Origin: a virus
Lineage: Duplodnaviria; Caudoviricetes
Length of the DNA stretch: 64,000 nucleotides
Strand: one strand, 5' to 3'
Virus record (IMG/VR): IMGVR_UViG_3300035661_000005
The translations under genes and the position numbers were made by a program. Shown here piece by piece: positions 55,661 through 63,757 of this stretch. The notes beneath the pieces are model-generated. The model ran no database searches and was not told where the DNA came from. It saw nothing but the letters and a program-made list of their open reading frames with translations. Numbering within the stretch: position 1 is the first letter of the stretch; each line of letters begins with the position of its first letter.

Positions 55661-56512
55661 ATGACGTTCCCCACGAACCCCACCGAGCGGGATGCCTACA
55701 TCCTTCAGCGCGTCCGGGAAGGCGAATTCAGCCTCGATTGGGCGCCCATCGAGCTGGAGGAGGACGGCTTCAAGGTCATCCTCTACGTCCAGGCGGACGC
55801 ACTGAAGATCGAGGGTGTCCGGATCAACGTGACGGCCGAAATGTCCCAGCAGATCGCGGACATGACGGGCGCCGTGCTTCTGACGCCCAAGGTCGCGGAC
55901 CTCATCTACCACTTCGCGGCCTTCCGGATCGAGCCGCATCCGCAGACGTGGAACAACACCACGCAGGGGATGATCGACCACAGCAAGGCGATCGACGCCG
56001 CCCTCGCTGCGTACACGACCTACGGGATGGCGAACACGCCGCTCATCGGGGTCACGGGGAAGTACTGGACGCTCTCGAACACCCTCCTCGGGTCGGACGG
56101 GAAGCCGCGGATCGCGCAGGGCTTCCCGGTCGCCATGAACTACGGGTGGCACTTCCTCGGTGGGTCGTCCTTCAAGGGGATCCCGGGCTACGAGTGCGTC
56201 TCCCACCTCCGTGACCCGTCGACCAAGGAGGTCTACCACGTCATCCAGGACGCGGCGACGGCGCACAACAGCAAGCACGGGGACTACAGCCAGACGCACC
56301 GTTCGATGGCCGATGTGCTCATCGTGAACGGGGAGAACATGGCGACGGTGGACGCCCTCAGGCACCCGGTCATCGGGAAGATGCTGAGTCACGAGGGGCC
56401 GCTCCACGTGGTTCGGCAACCGGGCGTTCCGGAGCCGAAGGAGAAGGTCATCATCATGCCGGAGATCACGATCACGGCGAGCGCGGAGATCGTGCCCGCG
56501 GGGGGCGGGTAA
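55661..56512 (+). CDS. conserved hypothetical protein (QADALK/LLTPK/NYGWH/HxDYSQ)
   Basis: 283 aa; has a degraded paralogue at 25771; TCTATT 23 nt upstream. Confidence 0.8.
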   Translation: MTFPTNPTERDAYILQRVREGEFSLDWAPIELEEDGFKVILYVQADALKIEGVRINVTAEMSQQIADMTGAVLLTPKVADLIYHFAAFRIEPHPQTWNNTTQGMIDHSKAIDAALAAYTTYGMANTPLIGVTGKYWTLSNTLLGSDGKPRIAQGFPVAMNYGWHFLGGSSFKGIPGYECVSHLRDPSTKEVYHVIQDAATAHNSKHGDYSQTHRSMADVLIVNGENMATVDALRHPVIGKMLSHEGPLHVVRQPGVPEPKEKVIIMPEITITASAEIVPAGGG

Positions 56513-56784
56513 TGCGCCGACTCTCCCGCCTTTGCCTTGCCGCCCGGACGTTGAACGAGAACGCCGAGGTGCTTTTCAGCGCTGTCCCAGGGCCAGCCCA
56601 GCTCTGGATCGTCAAGGTGACCGTGGGGGATATCATCTTCGTCGAGACGGAACCGATGGCCCTGGAGAAGGGCCTCGAAGCTGCCACAACCAAGCTCCGG
56701 AGCCTAAGCCAGCGGACGCTTCGAGCGGTTACGCTGACCCAGCCACTGGACACGGAAGAGGAGCCGCCTTCGTCAGAGCCCTGA
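56512..56784 (+). CDS. hypothetical protein
   Basis: TAATG overlap, 90 aa. Confidence 0.55.
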   Translation: MRRLSRLCLAARTLNENAEVLFSAVPGPAQLWIVKVTVGDIIFVETEPMALEKGLEAATTKLRSLSQRTLRAVTLTQPLDTEEEPPSSEP

Positions 56785-56942
56785 GCCAAGGGCGTTGTAG
56801 ACCCAGATGGGCGGGCGGGGAAGCCACGATTCAGGCTTTTCGGCCCGCCCGTTCTGCCTGTAGTTCAGGCTCGACTTGTTGTGGAACACATGCCGTTTCT
56901 CACCATTCCGAAGAGGCGACCTCTGGTGTAGAGGGGGAGGGG

Positions 56943-57445
56943 ATGTTCGCTCGCGCTTGGGTGGACCACCACCCGTACCTGACGTGGTTTCTCCCGGGCC
57001 TGGTCGTTCTGTTCGTCCGTGCCTTGTGGCGAGCGATGCTGCGCCGAATCGAGGATCTGGTGTGGCGGGCCATCTACACACGATCCTCGACGTCCGCACG
57101 GAGCACCACATCGAGGCCACAGACGCCGAGATCCGTCAGGCGATGCGGGAGATCATGCAGTATGCTCGCTACCGCCACGTCCCGATCAACATCGTGGCGT
57201 GGACGGGGGAGGAGGCTGCGAACCTACGTCAGCTGCTCTCATCCGGGCACGTGACGAACAGGCCAAGCTCCCCGAGGCGGCAACGCAGGGAGGCTGAGGA
57301 AATGGCCCCGGAGGACGTCCCGAGTGCTTGGGACAGGCTTCTGGTAGATGAGACGGAGACGCCCACATGTCCGAAGAACGAAGCCCCACCGAAGCCGCAG
57401 AGGTTGACGCCCCCAGCAAAGCCCAAGAGGTTGAGGAAGGGCTGA
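56943..57445 (+). pseudogene. probable frameshifted membrane protein with PSAWDRL motif
   Basis: MFARAWVDHHPYLTWFLPGLVVLFV... shifts frame at TACACACG (~57077) into TILDVRTEHH...PSAWDRLLVDE. Confidence 0.5.
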
Positions 57446-57891
57446 AAGCCTCCTGGGAGGCTGTCCGAGGGGAACCCGTCGAGTCGCCGGAAGAGCGGAT
57501 CGATCGTCAGCATCCAGGCGACCTGGTCATCGCGACCTCGCACGACCGGATCCTCGTCCGTATCCACCCGGACGGGCAAATGACCTTCGGTCCGGAGTAC
57601 ACACCGGATGAGGCGGCGGAGACTCTTCTGACGCGGATCGCGGTCAAGCGCGTCGCGATGGAAGAACGCCTCACGCACCTCAGCATGATGGAACAGATCG
57701 TCCAGCAGGTAGGTGCAGCCGACCTGCATTACGAGGCGATGCAAACGGCTGCACGTGCGGAGGAGCATACTGCCCATGATGAATTCATGGAGGAGATTGC
57801 CCGCCGCAACCTCGAAGCCCGTGTTCACCAGTTCATCGAATTCGCGAGGGGGGTCGCCTTGGCCCGTCGCCGTGGGAGCCCGACACTATGA
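57367..57891 (+). CDS. hypothetical protein
   Basis: 174 aa, acidic. Confidence 0.65.
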   Translation: MSEERSPTEAAEVDAPSKAQEVEEGLKASWEAVRGEPVESPEERIDRQHPGDLVIATSHDRILVRIHPDGQMTFGPEYTPDEAAETLLTRIAVKRVAMEERLTHLSMMEQIVQQVGAADLHYEAMQTAARAEEHTAHDEFMEEIARRNLEARVHQFIEFARGVALARRRGSPTL

Positions 57892-58811
57892 GCCACATCC
57901 TGACCGCCGCGCAGTTCACCTCGGACGACATCCACGCCACGTTCAACCTGGCCAAGCGCCTCGAATCCGCGAGCGTCCGTGGTCGGGCTACGCACATGAT
58001 CGGCAAGACGCTCGCCTGCGTCTTCTACGAGCCGAGCACCCGTACCTCGTCGAGCTTCATCGCGGCCATGACGAAGCTCGGCGGTGGGGTCATCCCGATC
58101 ACGCAGGGTGTGCAGTTCTCGTCCGTGACGAAGGGTGAGACGATCGAGGACACCGTGGTCACGCTCGGGCAGTACGCGGACGCGATCGTTCTGCGGCACC
58201 CGGAGGTCGGTTCGGTGGCCCGTGCGGCGGCTGTGAGCCCCGTGCCGGTCATCAACGCCGGGGACGGCATCGGGGAGCACCCGACGCAGGCGATGCTCGA
58301 CCTCTACACGATCTACCAGGAGTGCGGGACGCTCGACGGGCTCACGATCACCTTCGTCGGCGACCTGGCGAACGGGCGGACCATCCACAGCCTCGTCCAG
58401 CTCCTCTCCCGGTTCGACGTCCGGTTCAACCTCGTCTCACCGCACCTCCTGCGCCTCGGGAGTCAGGCAGCCTACGGGCTCGACGGGAAGGTCGACGCGG
58501 AGATCTTCACGAAGACCGGCTTGCACGAGGCGGCCGACGTCCTCCGCAACTCCGATGTGATCTACATGACCCGGGTCCAGAAGGAGCGCTTCGCCCACGA
58601 CTACACGTACCAGGAGGTCAAAAACTCCTGCCTCCTGACGCCAGAGCTGGTGGCGGAGATGAAGCCCACGGCGCGCATCCTGCACCCGTTCCCCCGCGTC
58701 AACGAGATCCCCACGGAGATCGACGCGGACCCCCGCGCCGCCTACTTCAAGCAGATCAAGAACGGGCTCTACGTGCGCATGGCCCTGCTGATGCGTACGA
58801 TCGGGAGTTGA
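57888..58811 (+). CDS. pyrB: aspartate carbamoyltransferase catalytic subunit
   Basis: FYEPSTRT, LRHP, NAGDG..EHPTQ, GDL..GRT, YMTRVQKER, HPFPR. Confidence 0.96.
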   Translation: MSHILTAAQFTSDDIHATFNLAKRLESASVRGRATHMIGKTLACVFYEPSTRTSSSFIAAMTKLGGGVIPITQGVQFSSVTKGETIEDTVVTLGQYADAIVLRHPEVGSVARAAAVSPVPVINAGDGIGEHPTQAMLDLYTIYQECGTLDGLTITFVGDLANGRTIHSLVQLLSRFDVRFNLVSPHLLRLGSQAAYGLDGKVDAEIFTKTGLHEAADVLRNSDVIYMTRVQKERFAHDYTYQEVKNSCLLTPELVAEMKPTARILHPFPRVNEIPTEIDADPRAAYFKQIKNGLYVRMALLMRTIGS

Positions 58812-58906
58812 TCGGCGAGCCTCTCGGGCGATCCGCCATGCCGGGAAGGACGAGGCTCGCTGAGGGGCTGAAGGACCTGGAGTGTGCTCCGGTGTAGATC
58901 AGCACC

Positions 58907-59110
58907 ATGGGCATCAAGCACTGGAACACGAACGGGCTGGTCGACGGGAACATCCCGCCAGGTCAGCCTTGCCCGTTTCTGGCCAAATGCGGGCTCAAGG
59001 ACGAACGCTGCCCCGGGCACGAGGGCGGGTTCAAACTGTGGCCATTCTCGTGCGCAGCGGCCCGTGGTTGGTCCATGTGCGCCAACGATGAACGGGGCGA
59101 GGATACCTGA
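58907..59110 (+). CDS. small Cys-rich protein
   Basis: ATG 10 nt after GGTGTA; CPF...C...C...CAAAR. Confidence 0.65.
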   Translation: MGIKHWNTNGLVDGNIPPGQPCPFLAKCGLKDERCPGHEGGFKLWPFSCAAARGWSMCANDERGEDT

Positions 59111-59114
59111 ACCC

Positions 59115-59411
59115 ATGGCGATCCGTGCGTCTGAGGTCCGACCGGGGGCGATCCTCAGGGTCAAAGACCAGGCCCTACACACGTACAACGAGTCTTACCA
59201 GCGGGTCGGGCTCCTACGTGTAGGCCGGGTTTTCCACGTCATCGACCGCGATTTGCAGTACGTCTACGTGAAGCTGTCCGCCGAGAAGACGACCCGGCTC
59301 TACGGAGCAGAGGTCACCAAGTACTGCGAGAAGGCCCTCCCCAAACCGAAGCGCAAGGGGCCGAAGCCGCCAACCGCCTGGGAGCGGATCCTAGAGGACA
59401 AGAATGAATGA
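59115..59411 (+). CDS. SH3/KOW-like protein with C-terminal TAWERI motif
   Basis: MAIRASEVRPGAILRV...; ends PTAWERILEDKNE. Confidence 0.7.
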   Translation: MAIRASEVRPGAILRVKDQALHTYNESYQRVGLLRVGRVFHVIDRDLQYVYVKLSAEKTTRLYGAEVTKYCEKALPKPKRKGPKPPTAWERILEDKNE

Positions 59412-59673
59412 CCTGGCCGAGACGGAATTCGCCGAGCACGGGTGCATCGCCGTGAGGCGGGACGTGAAGGGGCAACGGGTCGTGTGCGCGAGGGACTATC
59501 ACCCGCGATCCGGGGACGAGATCTGGGTGCCCGCGAGGAACGGCTTCAACTGGCCCGTGAAGATCATGAAGGACCACCGGGGGACGCCGATCTTCAAGTT
59601 CGGCACGCAGAAGGTGGCACTGAAGTTCGATCAGAAGCGACAGATGTGGGTGATCCCCGACCTCCTCGGTTGA
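59404..59673 (+). CDS. hypothetical protein
   Basis: 89 aa. Confidence 0.6.
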   Translation: MNDLAETEFAEHGCIAVRRDVKGQRVVCARDYHPRSGDEIWVPARNGFNWPVKIMKDHRGTPIFKFGTQKVALKFDQKRQMWVIPDLLG

Positions 59674-59697
59674 TCAGGACCGCCGTGCCGCTGTAAA
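59670..59697 (+). promoter_or_regulatory. class A promoter-like motif
   Basis: TTGATC-N16-TGTAAA, ATG 8 nt after TGTA. Confidence 0.75.
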
Positions 59698-59703
59698 AAA
59701 GGC

Positions 59704-60018
59704 ATGGCCACCGCCACCGCCACCGCCGCTGCCAAGAACTTCGTTTGGATCGACTGCCCGCGGTGCTCGGGTCACGGGCACCGCCCCGAGTGGCACCCGG
59801 ATCGCGGCATGTGCTACCGCTGCCGCGGGAAAAAGGAAGTCCGCATCTGCGTGGAGAGCCACCTGGCCGCCCTCCGCCACCTCCGCGCGAAGTACGTCTC
59901 GGTGAAGAAGTTGGCGGCCGAGGGCAACGAGCTGGCCGCCGAGTTTCTCCCGTACGTCATCCAGGACGGCCTTCGCGTCCGTCAGGATCTTGAGGCTGCC
60001 GGCATCACGGTGCCGTGA
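59704..60018 (+). CDS. zinc-finger protein (CxxCxGxG)
   Basis: CPRCSGHG...CYRCRG. Confidence 0.7.
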   Translation: MATATATAAAKNFVWIDCPRCSGHGHRPEWHPDRGMCYRCRGKKEVRICVESHLAALRHLRAKYVSVKKLAAEGNELAAEFLPYVIQDGLRVRQDLEAAGITVP

Positions 60019-60400
60019 CGAACCGGGTCCGCCGGACCCCATCGGGCCACACGACCTCTTCGAGGAACATGCGCTCGGGGCGCACCCAGATCCCGCCGCC
60101 CTGCACCGCCTGATAGGCGATCCGGGCTTCGATCGTCTTGGCGTCCCATCCGCGGCAGACGACCAGGTAGTGGGTGCCCTTGAAGTGCTGGTAGCGCCCG
60201 AGTGCGATCTTGAATCGGCCGTCCGGGGTCTTGGGCACGAGCGGCCCATCGGCTTCGAATTCCGCCTTCGGCATGACCAGGTAGGTCGAATGCCCGGTGG
60301 TATAGAGGACGACGTCCTCCTCGGTCTCCGAGTCCTTGCCCTCCGCCACAACGATGCAGGGAATGCCGCTCTTGGCTTGCACGGTGGATCCGACCTTCAT
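60005..60400 (-). CDS. DUF1653-domain protein
   Basis: GRYQHFKGTHYLV...IAYQA...IWVRPERMFLEEV. Confidence 0.85.
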   Translation of the reverse strand: MKVGSTVQAKSGIPCIVVAEGKDSETEEDVVLYTTGHSTYLVMPKAEFEADGPLVPKTPDGRFKIALGRYQHFKGTHYLVVCRGWDAKTIEARIAYQAVQGGGIWVRPERMFLEEVVWPDGVRRTRFVTAP

Positions 60401-60588
60401 GCTACGCTCCTGATGTGGCGGGTCAGCTCTTCCCGCCAGAATTCGTATGTCGCCCCGTCCGTGAAGCGAACGCCGATCATCGGGTCGCCGGGGAACGTCT
60501 GCCCGCACTCATACTCCAGGTACGCGACCCGGCCGAGCCTGTTCTGGTAGACCGTTACCTCGAACCCAGGCCACGGGTCCGAAACCAT
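60397..60588 (-). CDS. small hypothetical protein
   Basis: 63 aa, ATGA overlap. Confidence 0.5.
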   Translation of the reverse strand: MVSDPWPGFEVTVYQNRLGRVAYLEYECGQTFPGDPMIGVRFTDGATYEFWREELTRHIRSVA

Positions 60589-61050
60589 GCTCTTTCGGAA
60601 CGACGCAGAGCCGGTACTTCACGCCCTATACTCTAGGAAGACGTTCATCCCAGAACCCTCGGTCACGAGGTACGTCCGGCCGTCCTTACCCGTCATCGTG
60701 AACTCGTGGAGCTTCCGAAGCGAGTACCGCTGCTCGCGCGTCAGGTAGCGATGAAGCAGCGACCGAACCTTCACCTGCGCCTTGTTGTCCAACCGGCGCT
60801 TGACGCCAGAGGCGGATGATAGAATCACGAGCCTCCGGGATCATCTCCTTGAGGCAGCCGATGTCGATGTTGAACTCTTGCTCGACACCCGAGCACTGGC
60901 ACGTGAAGCCGTACTCTCGCTTGTACACGGACGAATGCACGCGGAAGGTGGCATGGCCGCGGTGCTAGTCGAGCCGCTCCTTCCAGTACCGGAGCCGGTG
61001 GATGCGGGGCATCCGCAGGGCCTCGTAGACCGTGGCGTCGAGAGCGGTGG

Positions 61051-61299
61051 TCATCCGCAGGCCCCCTGGTCCACGGTGACCGTGACGGTCTCGCCTTGCA
61101 TCCGATAGTTGCGAATCATCGTCCAGTCGGCGTTGGCCTCTTTGGTTCCTGCGGCCTTGAGTGCCGCATTCTGCCATCGGGCCACGACGGCAAGCGCGTC
61201 CCGAAGCTCACGAATCTCTTCGGCTGTCGCTTGGAAGGACACGTCCCACTGAGCCGCGACGGCCCCGTTGTACTTCTGCGTAGCGCTGGTGCTCTTCAT
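61051..61299 (-). CDS. hypothetical protein
   Basis: GAGGAG SD, 82 aa. Confidence 0.55.
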   Translation of the reverse strand: MKSTSATQKYNGAVAAQWDVSFQATAEEIRELRDALAVVARWQNAALKAAGTKEANADWTMIRNYRMQGETVTVTVDQGACG

Positions 61300-61389
61300 A
61301 GGGATCTCCTCACCGAGTCAGAATGCCTCGCAATCGAGCAGTTTACACCACGGGTTCGATTCTCCCGTGCGCGGGGGCTCTTCGATCTG

Positions 61390-61680
61390 CTAGTACATCT
61401 GGGCCATGACGTCAGGTTTGATGATCCCAGGGTCGTCGTTGCTGTTGAACATGATCCAGTCCCCGGGCTCGACACGACTCCATCCCCACCGTGGATGGTG
61501 GATGAACGCGTCTCCGTCCCTCGTCGGGTATCGTCGACCGATGTGGTCTTCGTCGTACAGCGGCCCGATGCCGTGCAGAATGTCCACGACAATGACGTGC
61601 GGCACCTCCCGGCCAGGGAATCACTGGTGCGCCTCGTAGGTCGTCCGCGCCCCCTCGATGATGCCTGATTCCCATACCAT
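61390..61680 (-). pseudogene. small phage protein with an in-frame TGA
   Basis: MVWESGIIEGARTTYEAHQ*FPGREV...VEPGDWIM...IKPDVMAQMY; the stop sits where the A-x-Q-W Trp is expected. Confidence 0.65.
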
Positions 61681-61737
61681 GCGGGGACTTACACCAACGT
61701 GGGTTGATCCGGTGTAAGGATCGACTATAGGTGGGGC

Positions 61738-61905
61738 ATGCAGACGGGTCTCAAGAGCCAGGGTCAGGTGCAGTACAGCAAGCTGACCGTCCAGCGCCAC
61801 GGTCACAAACGAGGCGCTTCCCGTCGATCCTACAACGCGGCCGAGAAGGCTGCCGAGACGCGGGTCCGTCAGGCGGGTCGCGAGGCGTGCAAGGAGATCG
61901 AGTGA
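61738..61905 (+). CDS. small basic hypothetical protein (55 aa)
   Basis: MQTGLKSQGQVQY...; class B motif upstream. Confidence 0.55.
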   Translation: MQTGLKSQGQVQYSKLTVQRHGHKRGASRRSYNAAEKAAETRVRQAGREACKEIE

Positions 61906-62159
61906 TGGACCTCTTCATCCTGTTCGGTGTTCGCAAGTCCATCTACGCGGGCGAGTATGGTCCCGAGGCCCTCCTCTGCTGGGAGGAGTACTCGGTGGAC
62001 GAGAACCCCGACGGCTGGGAGAAGGCCCTCAAAGAGGCTAAGGCGAAATACGCCCCCGACATGGAGGCGATGCGCGTCATCAAGATCGCGGTCGACGCCG
62101 ACCGGATCTACAAGCTGCTCGTCGGCACCCCCACCCTCACCGGCACCGTCAAGGAGTGA
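61905..62159 (+). CDS. hypothetical protein
   Basis: TGATG overlap; MDLFILFGVRK... Confidence 0.65.
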   Translation: MDLFILFGVRKSIYAGEYGPEALLCWEEYSVDENPDGWEKALKEAKAKYAPDMEAMRVIKIAVDADRIYKLLVGTPTLTGTVKE

Positions 62160-62266
62160 GCCGATCGAAGTCGTGGCCGGCTGGGACTACCCGGCTTTGC
62201 CTCAAATGATGGCCGTGCCTCAGAAGTCGGGGCGTTGACCTAGAACCCGTCCGGTCACCTGAAAGG

Positions 62267-62530
62267 TCAGAACCACGCGTCCCAGTCGTCGATCCGGAGG
62301 CGCTTGCACACGCCTTCGACGAAGAACGGGCTCACTTGCTCGGGCGTGTTGTCGCGCACGAACTGATAGCTCTGCGTCTTCCCGAACGCGTCCATGCGCG
62401 AGATCGAGCAGGCCGTCACGTACTTCCCAGGCGCCAACTGCGCCTGCTCTTGACGGTACGAGCACCCCTTCTCGACGGTCAACCAGCGGATCAGATCGTC
62501 GAGCGACTTCGTGGGGCGACGTTCGGCCAT
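62267..62530 (-). CDS. small protein downstream of the HicB-like gene (possible toxin partner)
   Basis: 87 aa; synteny only. Confidence 0.45.
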   Translation of the reverse strand: MAERRPTKSLDDLIRWLTVEKGCSYRQEQAQLAPGKYVTACSISRMDAFGKTQSYQFVRDNTPEQVSPFFVEGVCKRLRIDDWDAWF

Positions 62531-62545
62531 GAGTAGGCGGCGAGC

Positions 62546-62890
62546 CTACTCCGCTGAAGCGTGGTGCTCTACCGTCTGCTGGCGAACTCTCGGGCGACGA
62601 GCGACGGGAGCTTCCGAAGCAACAGCCTGCCCGCCCGGTCTCCACTCGGAAGCGTCGTGCTCCCAGATCCACCAGTAACGCGCAGACGCCTTCTCCCAGC
62701 CCTCGAAAGGCTTGCGGCCTTCGCGAGCATCCTCTGCGGCCTGAAGGGTCATCGCGGCGACGAGGTTCTCGACGGCGAAGTCTGCGGTGGTGCCCTGACT
62801 GACGAGCCCGGTCTGGAGCCAGATCGCCACGTAGTGCTTCTCGTCTTCCTCGACGAGCAGAACCTTCGGGGTGTCTTCCTCGGCCATCAC
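62546..62890 (-). CDS. HicB-like antitoxin N-terminal domain
   Basis: EEDEKHYVA...GLVSQGTTADFAVENLVAAM pattern (x-G-x-T-x-x-x-A-x-x-N-L). Confidence 0.6.
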   Translation of the reverse strand: MMAEEDTPKVLLVEEDEKHYVAIWLQTGLVSQGTTADFAVENLVAAMTLQAAEDAREGRKPFEGWEKASARYWWIWEHDASEWRPGGQAVASEAPVARRPRVRQQTVEHHASAE

Positions 62891-63345
62891 GCACCTAACC
62901 CTTGTGGTAGGCCGCGCTTCTCACGCGGCTGCGTACGCGCTCGGGAGAGCGGCACGCTTCCAAGGTTAGCACGAGGTGACCGTTTTCAACTCCGGCCTGG
63001 ACGGAGCCGAACGCCGCCTCAGCATTCGATGCAAGTCACGCGGGGACGAGCCCTTGGTCTTCGGGCTCTTCTCCGACCTGCTCGACCCGCACGAGGGCTT
63101 CTACTTCAGCGCGCCCATCGTCGTAGGTCCACTCGGCCACCACGACGCCGCGCACAGGCTCCCCGTCGCCCCGGAGGCCCACGAACGCCACATGCCCCGG
63201 CCAGTCGCCGTAGACGAATCGGAGGTCATGTAGGTCGAACCCGTGGGCCCGGAGCACGGCGTCCAGCTCGGAGATGACGACGGCGCCGTCCCGAAGAGGA
63301 ACGACGCCGCATCGCTGATCAACCCGCGTCACGAATGCTCAACGG

Positions 63346-63757
63346 CTACTGGCACCAACAGACCGGCGTGGGTGAAGTCTTCCCGTTCGCGGACGTGCCG
63401 CAGATGCCAATGTAGGTCTGACTGTTGCGGGCGCAGATGTCGGTGCAGGAGAAGGTCTCCCCGCCCGAGGTAGTGCAAATCGTGACTTCCGACTGATCGG
63501 CACTGCACGTCGTGGCTGCACACGGAGGGAAGCAGGCGCTCTTGAGCGAAGCCGCAGCCGGGGAGGCCGTAACGTCGGCGCAAGTGGCACTCTGGAAGGC
63601 GGACAGGCCATCGCCGTTAGCAGCTTTCTTGTCCCGCGCCGCGAGGCTCTGACCTCCTGACACGCCAGATTCGGCGAGTGACCGATGCGGTCCCCGACAT
63701 GCTGCGAGGGCCTGCAAGGTTCCCGCATCGCAACTGGTATCGACCGGCCCGGTCGAT
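63346..63757 (-). pseudogene. Cys-rich secreted-type protein truncated at its 5' end by the IS
   Basis: Frame STGPVDTSCDAG...CFPPCAATTC...VCWCQ is open up to 63757, where the CAAG end of the element creates a TGA. Confidence 0.55.

Noticed and set aside
56809-56850. Nested hairpin (GGGCGGGC/GCCCGCCC with AAGCC/GGCTT) and a similar one at 42915-42937
   Set aside because: GC-rich stems of this length are expected by chance at 65% GC. There is no U-tract and no second copy to support a structured RNA.
58808-58840. TTGATC hexamers at 58808, 32106(-), 47493(-), 63319(-) and 63759(-)
   Set aside because: No TGTA at the 15-16 nt spacing, so they were not counted as class A promoters.
61621-61623. 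In-frame TGA at an expected Trp position, suggesting stop-codon reassignment
   Set aside because: Most well-supported genes (clpX, folA, pyrB, topo IB, the DHH gene) end at TGA, many with ATGA/GTGA overlaps, and Trp is encoded by TGG throughout. A nonsense mutation or read error is more likely.
62976-63332. Overlapping ORFs 62976..63233(+) and 63036..63332(-)
   Set aside because: They are mutually overlapping, have no promoter motif and no recognisable domain, so I could not decide which, if either, is real.
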